DNA of 63,423 nucleotides, counting the filler, from Sphacelaria rigidula (taxonomy: Eukaryota): assembly GCA_964200075.2 (NCBI GenBank). It is 11 parts of 11 records of this genome, joined end to end, with 100 filler letters (N's around TTAATTAATTAA, not from the genome) between each part and the next. Parts side by side here need not be neighbours in the genome. Positions count along the whole stretch, not along the records: positions 34,651 to 40,325 come from CAXNAA020025355.1; positions 40,426 to 46,100 come from CAXNAA020025356.1; positions 46,201 to 51,875 come from CAXNAA020025357.1; positions 51,976 to 57,649 come from CAXNAA020025358.1; 7 more parts are not named here. One strand, given 5' to 3'. Shown in pieces: positions 39,796 through 53,070 of this stretch; position 1 is the first letter of the stretch, and each line of letters opens with the position of its first letter. Both the position numbers and the translations under genes were made by a program. The notes under the pieces were generated by a model, which made no database searches, was not told where the DNA came from, and saw only the letters and a list, made by a program, of their open reading frames with translations.

Positions 39796-40325
39796 CAAGG
39801 GTCTTGTGGCTTTCACGCGACGCTGTCGGCAGTACGGCTTCCCTGTCCCTCAGCCAGGCATTGATGAACGAGGAAATACTTTTTACAGGCGGATACAATA
39901 CAAACGGGGCCCCGGAGAAGTTTCTTTTCATCAACATCCGTGTTTTCTAACCTGCAAAGCGTTCCATGCGCATTGTTTTCTAATAAAAACGGTAACTTGT
40001 CGATTTCTGTTCCGTTCTTCAAGGACTGCCTGATGCCGATCCCAGAACAGTTTGGTATTACTGTTCGGTGGTATCTTCGGATGTTAACTGGAACCGAAGC
40101 GGCCACCTTCCCTCAGGTTTTGATAGCCGTTTGAATTGTGTGGATGCAGTTCATAAAAGTCAAATTCTCTAGCAGCTTTCACAGGTGTTGCGACTTCGGT
40201 GCAGTTTGTTACCGTGACCACCTCTGAGCAGACGGGAGTACGCGCGGTAGAGCAACGAAAGGTAGCTATGGTCCGGTTTGCCTGCCGTACTGCCGACAGC
40301 GTCGCGTGAAAGCCACAAGACCCTT
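39796..40325. mobile_element. ~530-bp MITE with perfect 42-bp TIRs (right end at the contig break)
   Basis: 39797-39838 AAGGGTCTTGTGGCTTTCACGCGACGCTGTCGGCAGTACGGC is the exact reverse complement of 40284-40325. Confidence 0.85.
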
Positions 40326-40425
40326 NNNNNNNNNNNNNNNNNNNNNNNNNNNNNNNNNNNNNNNNNNNNTTAATTAATTAANNNNNNNNNNNNNNNNNNN
40401 NNNNNNNNNNNNNNNNNNNNNNNNN

Positions 40426-40481
40426 AATGGTCTTATGACTATGGCATGCATGATCATGAGTACACCCCTCCCCCCCCTCCC
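40426..40481 (+). mobile_element. Family-A poly(C)-tailed 3' end at contig start
   Basis: AATGGTCTTATGACTATGGCATGCATGATCATGAGTACA-CCCCTCCCCCCCCTCCC. Confidence 0.85.
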
Positions 40482-41124
40482 GGAGGGCATTTTTTCGAAA
40501 ATTGTCATAATTTTTTCAAGTTTTTTTTGTGATTTGTTTTTTTGGGGGGGGTGTTGAAATTATCGAAAGAAATTGATCAACACTGACAAAACCGAAAGTC
40601 TGGCGGGTTTTGCAAGATTCGTACATTTGCTTCTACTCCTTGCCCGCTCTGCTCCGATGAACTCGGATGCCGGCAACTCTCCCACACATCTATGTACAAT
40701 CCACTAGCGCACGGTAGCGACAGCCGGTAGCCAAAGTAGCAACATTACCTCACGCTTCACCAAATTTGCCCAGACTACCAGTAGCTGTAGATAGTCGAGG
40801 CACACGACACGGAACATAAACCCATAAAAAATGTAATCATGGCAGGTGATGAGCTTGGAGGAGCGGTGCGTCCGTCATCTCAGCAGTCTCCAGGCCAAGA
40901 ATCTCTGTACACGGCAGCTGACCGCATCCGCCAACGCCTCGGCAATAAACTAGGGGGCAGTAGGCTGGGTGTCCCCCCCCGCCCCCCCTCGAAAACTCGA
41001 ATTTTCGATTTTGAGGCCTACGTGTCCCGAAATATATTCTTGACAGATCCTTGGCCCAACTCTCGAAATTGAGCCTAGATAAGGTTCGCAAACCACAAAC
41101 CCGCGTCTAGGCCGGCTCAGCTCG

Positions 41125-41510
41125 TAGTCTGGTCAGGTGAGTTATACAACATAACGCAGTGCACATTCTCGCTGGATGTGTTATACAAGACAACTTGGTG
41201 TCGTTTATTCTCGCCGCGTGAGCCATACGACATAATAACCCAGCGGTGCACATTCTGGCCGGGTGAGTTATACAGCATACTTCAGCGGTGCTTCTTCTGG
41301 CCGGGTGTGTTATACTTCGTACGACATAACTCATCGGGGCACATTCCGGCCGAGAGAGTTATACGGCATACTTCAGCGGTGCACATTCTAGCCGGGTGAA
41401 TTATACAGCATACTGCACCCCAGAGGTTCGTAATTTTGTCCGGGTGAGTTACACAGCATATTTTAGCGGTGCATATTCTCGGCCGGTGAGTTACAGAGAG
41501 CATACTGGGT
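41125..41510. repeat. ~40-bp minisatellite, about 9 units
   Basis: Repeated gcggtgcacattct.gccgggtgagttatacagcatact. Confidence 0.9.
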
Positions 41511-41825
41511 TAACTCGTAACTTGTCCCACGTGTTTGAAAAATTCCCAGCTGATAGATCAAGATAGGATTGGTGTCATCCATGTTCACGCCACTGATGAC
41601 GTTGAACTGACGACATCTATCAGATTAGAATTAATTTCTCCCACTTCGCTTTTTCGATCGAGCAAAAAGATGAAACACGCCCTCAGTGACTTTGAGCTGG
41701 CTGAATACCAGGATTGTGTGTACTCAAAACAGGGACCACCTGACCTGGGTACAATATGGTCGACAACCTCGATCGTCGATGACAGTGTCTCGTACCTGTA
41801 GTTACTCGATTTTAGAGTGAGATAA

Positions 41826-42751
41826 TTACGCGACCTTAATGCACCGTAGCATTGAAGACCGTTCGATTATTTTTCCCCTATACCATGAGTCCTCTCTGCT
41901 CCGTATCGTGCGTATACATGTACTTCCTCTGTCCCACAAGATGGGCCCGTTTAGAGGTTTTGCCGCATTTCTCGTGTGTATTTCCGGCTTTTCCCGAGCG
42001 TTTGTTGTGTTGCTCTCGTGAAGTTTTGGACCAGAACTCAAAACCGAGGCATTTGCCGAGCCCCCAATAGATAAGCAGCTACACTCACGGCGATCAGAGT
42101 ATGTCGGTCGTGCACAACCGGAATCTACCGGTTGACAGCCTTCCCATCGAATTTTGGAGAAACGGATCTTTTCATGGTTCCCGATGCGTTTCGGAGAACC
42201 GCCCGAAACCGTCATTTTACAATCTGCCGCCACCACAGCACTATTTGAGCACACCATATCGGATTCGGGGGTATACCCGCCCATCCCGGGGACAATATCA
42301 TGGTGTCCCCGGGTCTGGGGGGTCTTCTTGTCCTCACGCATGTCCCCAACACCTCGAAACACACTACCGTGAGTCTGAGCATCGAAAAAAAGCTTCTTCG
42401 TATCCCTCGTATCGGACTTTGAGCCAAAGTCCCGCCAAAACTCTGGCTCTCCTTCGGAAAATCTCACTACATAAGCCCACCTTGTGATTTTTTCACGCCG
42501 GGGATGATAACATGTGATCTCCTGGGGCTTGTTTTCCCTTTTTACATTATGGCAACGATATGTGGAAGACATGTTGGAGGTCCGTATGCCGAAAACAACT
42601 GTATTGGGTACATTATCGCAATATTTCACCACGGGCGTATCCAATGAGATTTTCCAAACGGGCTTATCTTGTGGGACAGAGGAAGTGCTGTATAGTACTC
42701 CCTGCACCTTGATTGATGTGCACTTTTGGCCCCTGGAAAGAGTGATACATT

Positions 42752-42782
<31 letters not shown>

Positions 42783-43043
42783 CATCACAACACATGCACT
42801 ATTGTCTGCCGGCCTACCCTCTCTTACACATTGAATTTGGTCACTGCTATCTGCAGCTCCATCACATGCGTTGTCTACATGGTCGACGCTATAATGATGG
42901 TGATGCGTATCGTATCCCAAATGCCGATACCATATCGTATCTCGTTTCCCGGGACATGTATGTGCTGATTCACGTGCGGAAACCAGACTCGACGTCTTGG
43001 GGAAGTTTAAAGCCGAACATCCTGATTTCGTACCCGATTTCAT
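41826..43043 (-). CDS. Hypothetical 405-aa ORF with a poly-Thr tract; no recognised domain
   Basis: Longest ORF in the window (1218 nt without a stop); no other support. Confidence 0.35.
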
Positions 43044-44221
43044 GGTATATCACGGGCTACCATAGACAGACATCTCACCGATATCGTTTTTTGACAGCAG
43101 ATACCGGATATATTGTGGTCCGCCAATTTTCTCCAGTCGCACCACTACGGCGGTTGCTCCACGACGTGCAATATCTACTTACTTGATATGTTTATTCGAA
43201 CACAACTACCTGCGTCAAAATGGTCGCTTCAGCGTTGGATACGCATCAAAGCTCGACGCAAGTTCCTAAATCTTACGCATGTATACGAGTATTTTCGCTT
43301 CAAGAAGAAACAGATATCATCCCCCTTCCTTCCTTCACGGCGTTTCGAGGTGTGCCTCATCAATTCCACCTCTAAGCACCTCCAACACAAGGAAGCTCAA
43401 GTAGCACACATACATCCTCACGGTGATGGCATGGTAGCAACGGACACCAACAGGCACAGCGCCAATAGGGACCAATAGGCGCATTACCGGTAGACAAAAG
43501 CACGCACAGCGGCGAGTGCCGGTGCCCATAGTATTGCAGCAGTGACTGCGGCTTTGATCTTCCCGCCGCTGTAATCGAGCGGTCAATCACCGGTCGTTAC
43601 ACCAATGACAGCACACCACCCGATGTAGACCAACATACCTGAACATGACCAACAACTTCTATGTGCTCCTCTTTTCCGGCTAGTACACCGGATAAAAACA
43701 CGCGATTAACACAACACACACACAACAGTCTGTCCTTCGCACACCAAACTGGATGAAAGGCAGCAGTTACACGCACGCGCGCACACACACACCTGTGCAA
43801 CAAACGCCGCCGCGATGTCACGGACTATGTTCCACAAGGGGGAAGCGGGGGTGGGGAAGGGGGGACGATACAACACTACGAGCACATGCGTATCCTACCA
43901 TATACAGGGGAACCTCTCTCGTAAATCTCCGTCGAGGTTGCATCACCTTTCACATTGTCAACAGAGATAACTCTGGTACGATTCATGACCGCAGAATGTC
44001 TGGGGGTCGAATCCCGGGTTCCATTAACACGTGACGAAGGAAAAAAAAAACGTTCTGCGGATAACCAAAAGTCGTAACATCGCTGGGGGGACCAGAGAAC
44101 TGACGGGTGACTAGCACGCAGAGTTCACATTTCACGGGGAAAGCTTTTGCGTAGATTACTGGCTTGGCGACCCCCTACACGCAATAGATACGTGACAAAA
44201 AAGGTGCACAAAGGTCCTCCG

Positions 44222-44651
44222 ACACGAGATTTTACAAATTGGGGATGGATTATTTGTTGGGGATGAGAACCCCGAGAATTAAAATCTTCGTATCCCCATC
44301 AAATCTTCGAAACATGGTTCCACTTCTTCATTTGCTGGTAGCTACTGACAACTACAACACGCCAAACAAACTTGGATTTCGACAATCGAAATGTCGGGGT
44401 TTCAGGTGAAAAACCAATTTTGGGGGATTTAGGTGATCCGATCGGACCCCAGGTTCGGCTTTTCACCTAGGACCCCGACATTTGGGTTATCGAGATCCGA
44501 ATTTTTATAGCGTGTAGTAGTTGTCAAAAGCTCCCAGCAAGTCAAGGAATGGAACCATACTTCGAAAATTTTGTGTGGATGCGAAGATTGATGTTGTCCG
44601 GGTTTTCATCCCCAATAAAATATCCATCCCCAATTTGTTAAAATCCCGTGT
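44222..44651. mobile_element. ~430-bp foldback element (almost wholly palindromic); half copy at ~57750-57960
   Basis: acacgagattttacaaattggggatggat...aatcttcg...catggttcca...gaaatgtcggggt pairs with accccgacattt...tggaaccat...cgaagatt...atccatccccaatttg...aaaatcccgtgt. Confidence 0.8.
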
Positions 44652-46019
44652 TTTCTACTAACCTCATTTCGTTCAAGACGCAACAATAGGAACCATGGCG
44701 GCTAATGTGCATACTGCCACATGAGGGGAAACAAATCCTCACGAGTATCCATCGAGGACCCATCACCGCTTCACACGTACACCCTTTCCCGGCGTGATTT
44801 TGCACCTGTATCGCGGATCACTAAAATTAATGCGGCACCGTACACTCATGAGGGAACACGCGCGCGTTTTGTCGGTGGTGGTCCCTTGTCTCCTTCCCCA
44901 AGCGAGGATTCTAACAACTCAGAGGAAGAATCCACCGCTGCCTCTGCCTCCGTGTGCTTGTCTTGCGCCCCGTCGATAGCTCCGAGGAAATCGAGCGTGT
45001 ACTGGTTTTCCTGTCAGACGCCAGCCAGCGCGCGATTCAATTGGTTGATTTTTGCTCGCTTGATTGGTTGATTGTCGCAGGTTGACATTGAGGCTCTGCC
45101 AACACAGTCATGGCCATAAACATACATGGACGGACCCGAGGTGAAATCAACGGAAACATTGATCCGCTCGTGGAAACTCGACAGGAAGCGTAGAGTTAAA
45201 ACGAAAAAAAGTAAGGAAGGAGACAGGCAGACAGACAGACAGGTGAAGGAGGAGAGGAAAGCAAACGGCGTAAACTGAACAAAACAGGGGGGAAAAAAAA
45301 GACGAAGAAGAAAAAAATTTAAAGATGAACTAATAACAACGGATGAAATGAAATAAAAAATAAAAAAAGGTATGGGAGAAAATATCAGCAACAAAAAGGC
45401 GCAAGGCAAACACGAGGTACAGTGCCGAGGGAGAGGGGCCTTTATCCCTCGAGACGACACGTGTTCCAATGGGGGAGGGGCGGGGGCGTCAGGCCTACGT
45501 CATCTCGCAGGCGACTATGACTTGGAGAATTTTGTGTGCATGAGCGAGTGGAAGATATGATATTGTCAGCACGTGTTCAGCACGTATTCAGCACGTGTTC
45601 AGGGCGGGAAAGTCGGCTGTGCACACAATGATATCTGTAGGATTGTTCACTCACAGGATAGGACGGGGATCTGTTCAAACTGAGAGCACATATATAAACT
45701 GGGGAAGAGTGACATGATGGTGAAGTATATGTTATCTCTCGTATACTGTTTGGTTTGTGTGTGTGAATGTTCCATGTGTTGGGATGCGTGCCGACCTTTT
45801 TGGGCGTAAAAATTTCTAAAGTACTACGAATACTACAAATACTACAACAGAACCATGTGAAATTTCGTGCTAGTAGTACCCACAGACCGTGACAGTACAC
45901 CGAACTTGAGCACGACTTCAACAACAGCCTGCGCCGGAGAGAATTCGCCCCCAACTGAGAATTAGGGGCTGGACTCTTCCTTACCCGCAGCTCCACCTGT
46001 CTTTTTGAAACTGATTGAC

Positions 46020-46100
46020 GGGGGGGGGGGGGGGTACTCATGATCCTGCATGCCATAGTCATAAGACCATTGACCCCGCATCCCTATATAGCCGGGGCGG
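46020..46100 (-). mobile_element. Family-A poly(C)-tailed 3' end at contig end
   Basis: G15-TACTCATGATCCTGCATGCCATAGTCATAAGACCATTGACCCCGCATCCCTATATAGCCGGGGCGG. Confidence 0.85.
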
Positions 46101-46230
46101 NNNNNNNNNNNNNNNNNNNNNNNNNNNNNNNNNNNNNNNNNNNNTTAATTAATTAANNNNNNNNNNNNNNNNNNNNNNNNNNNNNNNNNNNNNNNNNNNN
46201 TTTTATTTATCTTTTTCGCTAGTGTCTCTT

Positions 46231-47631
46231 CTACGGTCCGTGAAGGGCATTTGTGGGGGGGGTGGGTGGGGAAGAGATTTCATCAGACACTCTTGCCATC
46301 ACACCGTACAGCAAATCCTTCTCAATAACGGTACTCGTGGTCCTCACCCTCTCTGTGATGCAACAGCACAGTCGTGGCTTCTCCGGAAGGCGTACTTCCT
46401 CTGGTTCTACGCGCCATCGCATTTTTTGCACCTGGACACAAGGAGATAAGAAGAACGAGTGAACGCCCCAAGACGTGAAATCACGACGACAGGGACGACA
46501 GGGACGACAGGGATGACGACTACACGAAAAAGACGGCGGCAGGTGTGGCCAGTGACGGCATCAGCACCTTACTTCTTAGTCCAAATCCTACTGAAGTGAT
46601 TGGAAGAAACACTGGCAATACGTTGTCAGTTGACATGTTGAAAGGAGCTTTGAGTGTGCTGTTTCTCGACGTGGAACCGCAGTCGAACACTCACGAGCAC
46701 TAGAAGCCACGATCCTGACCACGACATGCAACTTCAAAACGCTAGAAATAGGTCCAACAGAGCTCCCGCGACGGTACCTCCAGCCGTGCGATAATAACCC
46801 GTCGACTTTAAGAAGCCACATGCTTGTCACGCCCAACAAGTGGAGAAAAGGCCGACGTAGGCGGCATGAGGGCTGGTTGCAAACGTCAAAAGGTACAAAA
46901 TTTGAAAAAAAAAACACCAACACCCACCCACACATACACACACAAGGGAGCAAAATCCCAGCCTGCCAGATTCCAAATTCGCACTATTGGCGTGTCAGCC
47001 GAAAAACAAAACGAGCGTCTTGGTTGAGAAGTGTTGATGATGCAGACAAGTAAAAGGGGTGTCTTTCCCTCAGACTGGCTTCTCACCTCAACCTGGGCTC
47101 TTCGTCGGGGCTCCTCGCAAATCTGATTCATGTACTTGAGGGGAACCTCCGCCTCGTATATGTCGATCACATATCTGGCGATACCCGATACCGATACAAA
47201 TGTGTGCGAGAAGGGGGCGAGTATCGTCAGTTGCTCGAGGCCGTAGTTTGATTGGTCGTTCGATTGATTGTCACCCGTCAACCGATCCAGTTGCGTGTTC
47301 TTCAAGCACTTGCAGTGTGGAGGGAGTTTGCACATCCGAACTTTTTCCTCATAGGGTACTTCTACGAACGAAGACCGGATGCGCACCAAGCAACCACATA
47401 TCTAGGTCCCTGTCTGCTCGAATTGAAAGGATCTCCGTGGCCAACATCCCCACAACACTCCTCATGACACACTTGACAGTCGCGTAGCCAAACACAACAT
47501 GAAGTCTCCACAAAGGAAGTTTGGAATGTACACAATTTGGAGTTCTGCTTCAGCGCAAGAGTATCTGTGGTTTCTGAATACCCACGATACCTGAGTGTGT
47601 AGCCCCTACCCTCACAACCTTCTGTGATTTC
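46231..47631 (-). CDS. Possible short exons of an unknown gene (~47631-47591, ~47174-47087, ~46431-46231)
   Basis: Short open frames bounded by AG/GT sites; no recognisable homology. Confidence 0.25.
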
Positions 47632-48170
47632 CTGCAGCAGTGGAGGAGACAATCCGGCGCTGCAACACACAAGTTCAATAATATCAGCCTTATTAGCCGA
47701 AAAATAATTACCGCTACTCCGCAAAAACAAATCCGATTCGTCGAACACAGTATGCAACGCTGCAGAACAAAGCTGCCGGTGTGCCCCACGCTCACACGAC
47801 GCACGGCAGCACAAAATGCACACTACGTGCTTTTTCTGCGGAGGCAAAAAGTAGCTGAAACTGCCCCGTCGATGCCCAATCCATCTGCCGCACGTCATGC
47901 CACTGAGATACATCAAAAAAGAACCGTGCTCGATTCGAACCTTGAGACAAATAGACCACCTACTTCAACAGGTTACATTTTCACCTGCAAATATCCTGAG
48001 CACTGTCCTTTCCGTACATCTCGAGATACAAGAACCATACTGCCGGGTTCACTCCGCGATAGTCCACTCTAGACACCAGCCCCTCTCGTGGCGTCTTCAA
48101 GTCATCTTCCACCAACGCTGTTTGTTCCATCCCCGATAAATGAAAAAACGAACGAGTGAGGGGGTGTTTA

Positions 48171-48719
48171 CAGTAGTGGGCGGTCTAACTATTCATTTTG
48201 TGGCATTTTGTGATTTTTTCGTAACAGGCGACTTTCTTGGGCCTTTTTCGCTTGCCACCCCTCATGACACCGGGGATCTAAAGATATTTCTATCTGCTCT
48301 ACATTCCAAGAAGAAAAATCATCTGTACTCAATATTGAGCGACTTACGGGCGGACCGGTCATCGGGGGTCCTGCCACGTTTTAACCCAGGTTCTTACTCT
48401 TCTGTATTTTCGGTCGATCGAGCCCGTCCCGATCATATTTTCGAAGAAATGTACAGTTTTATTTTTTGAAAGTATGCCTACTCAGTGCACTAGGGCCAAA
48501 AAACTGTGTTTCACGGTCAATAACACCCTCCTGATGAACGGGGTCTTTGCTCGTTGTGCCCGATAACGCCAGGTAACATTGACTTGGGCACTTTGTTTCG
48601 AAAATCATCTGTTTTTTTGTACTAAAATCTACCGATGCTAGCAATTTCGAGTTCTATCGAAGAGTAGTGCGCGAGTAAAACCCCAAAACACCCCTAAATA
48701 GTTAGACCGCCCACTACTG
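48171..48719. mobile_element. Tc1/mariner-type MITE, 549 bp
   Basis: Perfect 23-bp TIR CAGTAGTGGGCGGTCTAACTATT with TA on both sides (48169-48170 and 48720-48721). Confidence 0.92.
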
Positions 48720-50431
48720 TAGTTCGTCGAAATGTACCTCCACCGCGGCTTGTCAGGAGAAGGAGAGTGTTCAGACCAGAAAGGTAGTTAATCATGTTTT
48801 TCGCCTGCAACCGGTACTACTACTTCGCACCAGATGTACAGGATTGGATCAACTTGCTATAAACACCGTTTTCAATTGGAATTCTTCAGAGACGTCAACT
48901 GGGGATATGTGCCGCGCCCGTTCATTTGAAAAAGGAAAAGAAAAACTCGCCTTGTACGACGCACGCGCAAAACGGACCTTTTCGTCAAAATCCAACCTGT
49001 ACCCTCGCTAGACGGAAATTTCTGAGGTAATGCCGAATTTGGTGGGCTTTTTTTTTTTAATACCTTTTCGACATGGCCCTTCCGACCTTTTCTAGCCGAG
49101 TTGCCCGAGGATCTATCGGTCATCTCATGCAGTTGGCCCGCCTCCCCTAACCCAACCACCAGCAACAGCAACCATGACACCCGAAGGATCGATATTTTCG
49201 TCAGTTGATTTGCCGCTCACCAAACCAGAACGACCAAACCCCGGTGTGTTCTTTGATTGATTAATTTGATTTTTTTTTATTGTCGCACTTTAACCGACCC
49301 CCCAGGGGTCCAGCCGTGGTCTCATAAAAACCGAACGAACCCAAAAAAAACGAAACTGAAACACGCTCTCAGAAGAAAAAAAAAAAGGAACAGAAAAAAA
49401 AAACTTTGAGAAAATAAAATCAGAGGCTCTGCCCACAAACTACTCTCCTAACCCAGGCACTCCGACGGCGGTTTTGCCGCACACCGAAACACCCCGAACG
49501 AAAATTTCTCGCACACCGGAATCCGAGCGTAAGTCCCGACTATGGACACACAAGTTGTCCTCGTTTCTGGTAGAAACAACATGTTTTAATATTAATGCCG
49601 CTTCATTGGCCTGTTCGTCATCTCGCGAGAACCGTCCCACCAGCACGCCACACATGATATGTGGTCATGATGTGTGATCACCCACTCTCTGCGCACCAAG
49701 GCCCTCTCTAGAGAGAGACACGGAGAGCATACGTAGTATCTTCTTTCCATCAGGGTACATTTCGCGGTGTAACCACTTCGTTGAGGTCATGCATTATCGC
49801 AATCGGTACGCGCTCTCTGCTTATGCTTCCGTAGTGTTGACAGTTCTCGTGGCAGTGCTGTCATACCTCGAGCATGTTTTTCATCTTGCAACGCGGACTG
49901 ATGTCTGTGCTACTATAACATCCTGCCCGGGTTGCTCTCCTGTTCTGGCAAGCCTGGTACTGGTGTAGTTTCAAATGGTGACTGGGCTTTCTATATCTCA
50001 CAATAAACTCCATCGTTGCTGCGGGGACTCCATCATCTTGTAGTGTTGTAACGTTCGGTTTACTGTACCGTCTGTACTACGGCAGTTGTACCTGTACTTC
50101 ACGCTGTGGTGAATTGCTGGAAGACACGGTTCCCGCCAGACGACGAACAGGTCAATGAACCCAGAAACGAACCCAGACACATACAATAGTATCCGTCTGG
50201 AGCGCGGATAATTGGTATGTCTATATTCGGAACCGCCGCTCGGATTCTGGTGTGAGGGAAATCTTCGTTGGGGGGTGTTTGGTGTGCGGCAGAACCGCCG
50301 TCGGAGTGCTTGAGTGCGGAAAGTGAACACGTCGGGTTTACTCATTTCGATGGGATAAACGGCAAATCAACTGATGGAAAATCGACTCTTCGGGTGCCGT
50401 GGTTGCTGTTGCTGGCTGTTTGGCTAGAGGG

Positions 50432-50508
50432 AGGGGGGGGCGTACTCATTTGTTGCTTGCCTTTGTCGTTTGACCATTGACCACGCATCCCTTTCGATAC
50501 GGAGCACC
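50432..50508 (-). mobile_element. Family-B poly(C)-tailed insertion with a perfect 17-bp TSD
   Basis: GCTGTTTGGCTAGAGGG at 50415-50431 and 50509-50525. Confidence 0.9.
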
Positions 50509-51660
50509 GCTGTTTGGCTAGAGGGGGCACCGACTGCATGAGGTACATAAGGTCCTCGGGTAGTCCATGCCCGGCTACAAAATATCGAGAGGACCATCTA
50601 GAAAAGGCAACAACGCCTGTCCTTTCGAAGTGCTTCCACGCCCTGACTGCCGATACCTCCGTGTCACCCATATAACATTGTGCTATATACCACGACTTGA
50701 AGTTGTTGCCTACAGAGTACCGGAGAGAGGTGGGTTAATTCCTTGAGACCACGGGTTCATCTCAAGGAAGAGGAGGGGTTTAAAATGTGATAAATGAAAA
50801 GAAAAAGAGTCGTGTGGGAGATGTTGTTAGCGGCAAGGGCGATCGATGATAGTAACAAAAACATGCTACAGACATTGCACGGCTACGATCTGTAGTGGCA
50901 ATTTTATGTTTCTCTGCTGTAGTAATGCGTGGTTGGTCTATGACGACAGAGGGAAAAGGGGTGCGGCAGACCTCCCCGGAGGAAAAAAAGAAAAATAATC
51001 TTGTCGCCTTTATGAAACTTGAGCAATTTCCCCCCTCGTATTCTGTCAATGCATCCGCCCTGCACCGTACATGAGGCCTCCACTGACCCGCGTCACTCAG
51101 GAACGGTCGACATGCCACCCACTGCACACCCTATTTTGCCCGCTATCCTCATCACTCTCAGTAGCCCATGCCCCAGAGTGACTTAAGGCGATCCCCGATA
51201 CTATACAGCAGATCCGTAGACAGCAACGGCTGTGGAATTGCTGGAGAGTGAGCTGCCGCGAAAACGAAACATGTGTAAAGTATTGCGCTGCACCATACTG
51301 TAAACAGGTGGGCAGCCAAGAGTAGACAATACGCCCCATGTCCCCAGTTTGCTTTCGTCACTCTCATTAGCTCAGCACCTGCAGAAGCCAGAGCAGCATT
51401 CGTACTACGCAACACTGCTGGCTGCCGCATCATATGCGAAGTTGGAAGCTGTCAATACCACTTGCTTCAGTTCTTGTCGTTGAGAATTAGATCCACCTGG
51501 CTGACTTCCAAAGAAAGATCCGCCTCTAACTTCAAACAAATTCACATTTCAGGTCCAGACTTACAAATCTCGAGGGAAGAATCCGTCGCCGGAGTACATT
51601 CCAGAGAGCTTGGCAACCCTATTAAAGGTTACAGGGATTTCTCCGCAATGGACCACACCT

Positions 51661-51764
51661 GGTCTCTAGTGGAGTAGTAACGGTGCTCCGTCTCGAAAGG
51701 GGTGCGTGGTCAATGGTCAAACGACCAAGGCAAGCAACAAATGATTACGCCCACCCCGCCCCCC
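51661..51764 (+). mobile_element. Family-B poly(C)-tailed 3' fragment
   Basis: Aligns with 22835-22940 of the LINE fragment and ends ATGATTACG-CCCACCCCGCCCCCC. Confidence 0.8.
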
Positions 51765-51975
51765 GACCTCTGGTGAGACACCCATGAGGCAGTGTATAAG
51801 CCGTGGCTGTCTCTGCAAGTGGCGATACCAGAAAATAAAGCAACTCATTGTTGGCTATCATCCAAATGCAAGATGNNNNNNNNNNNNNNNNNNNNNNNNN
51901 NNNNNNNNNNNNNNNNNNNTTAATTAATTAANNNNNNNNNNNNNNNNNNNNNNNNNNNNNNNNNNNNNNNNNNNN

Positions 51976-51995
51976 TATTATTATTATCATTATTA

Positions 51996-52029
<34 letters not shown>

Positions 52030-52044
52030 TACTACTATTATTAC

Positions 52045-52080
<36 letters not shown>

Positions 52081-52751
52081 CATTATCATCATTCTTCTTC
52101 TTATTATTATTATTATTATTATTATGATCGTGATTATTAGTATCAGTATTAGTATTAGTATTATAATCACCATCATCATCATTATGATTTATGATTATTA
52201 TTATCATTTTGATTTATGACTATTATGATGATTATTATTATTGTTGTTAATATTATGATTATGGTTATTATATTGTCATTATTGTTATTACTATTTTCAT
52301 CAGTATTATGATTGTTATTATCACTCTAGACAGTAGATCTATTTCAGGGCTGGTCTCTGTTTCATGCGACAGTTTCGATTATCGGCTCACTCGCTGTCGC
52401 TACTTTGTGTATATACCAGTACGTGGCAAAGTAGTCGGAAAGGTCACACGCGGGACCTTTTTGATGTCAGTACGTCTCCTGTGGTTCAGTCGGTCTCATA
52501 CGGATCTTTCGTAGTGTAGGTGCCCTTTTTGGTGTAGATGTTTTGTTTCTTCCCTTCCTCTGCGGGCTGTTTGAGTTATGGGTATGGATGGTATGCTCCT
52601 CGCGTTCTGTGACCACAGGCTCGAGAGATCGAGCTAATGTGATGGATTTGATAATGCTAATAATGACAATAATAATCATAATGACAATAATAATCATAAC
52701 CATAATCATAATCATAATCATAATTATAATCATAATCATAAAAACAATAAC

Positions 52752-52838
<87 letters not shown>

Positions 52839-53070
52839 CATAGTTGTAATAATAATAGTAATAATAATAGTAATGATGATGATGATGATGATAATAAAAA
52901 TAATAATCATAATCATAATCATAATCATAATCATCATCATAATCATAGTCATAATCATAATAATAATAATCATAATAATCATAATAATCATAATCATAAT
53001 AATCATAATCATAACAATCATAATAAGAGCAACAATAATAATAATTATTATTAACATTATTATTATTATT
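51976..53070. repeat. Two AT-rich trinucleotide microsatellite blocks (51976-52320 and 52650-53070)
   Basis: (TTA/TCA/CTA)n and (ATA/ATC/ATG)n. Confidence 0.97.

Noticed and set aside
41125..41510. ~40-bp repeats as a CRISPR array
   Set aside because: Contiguous degenerate tandem units without spacers, i.e. a minisatellite.
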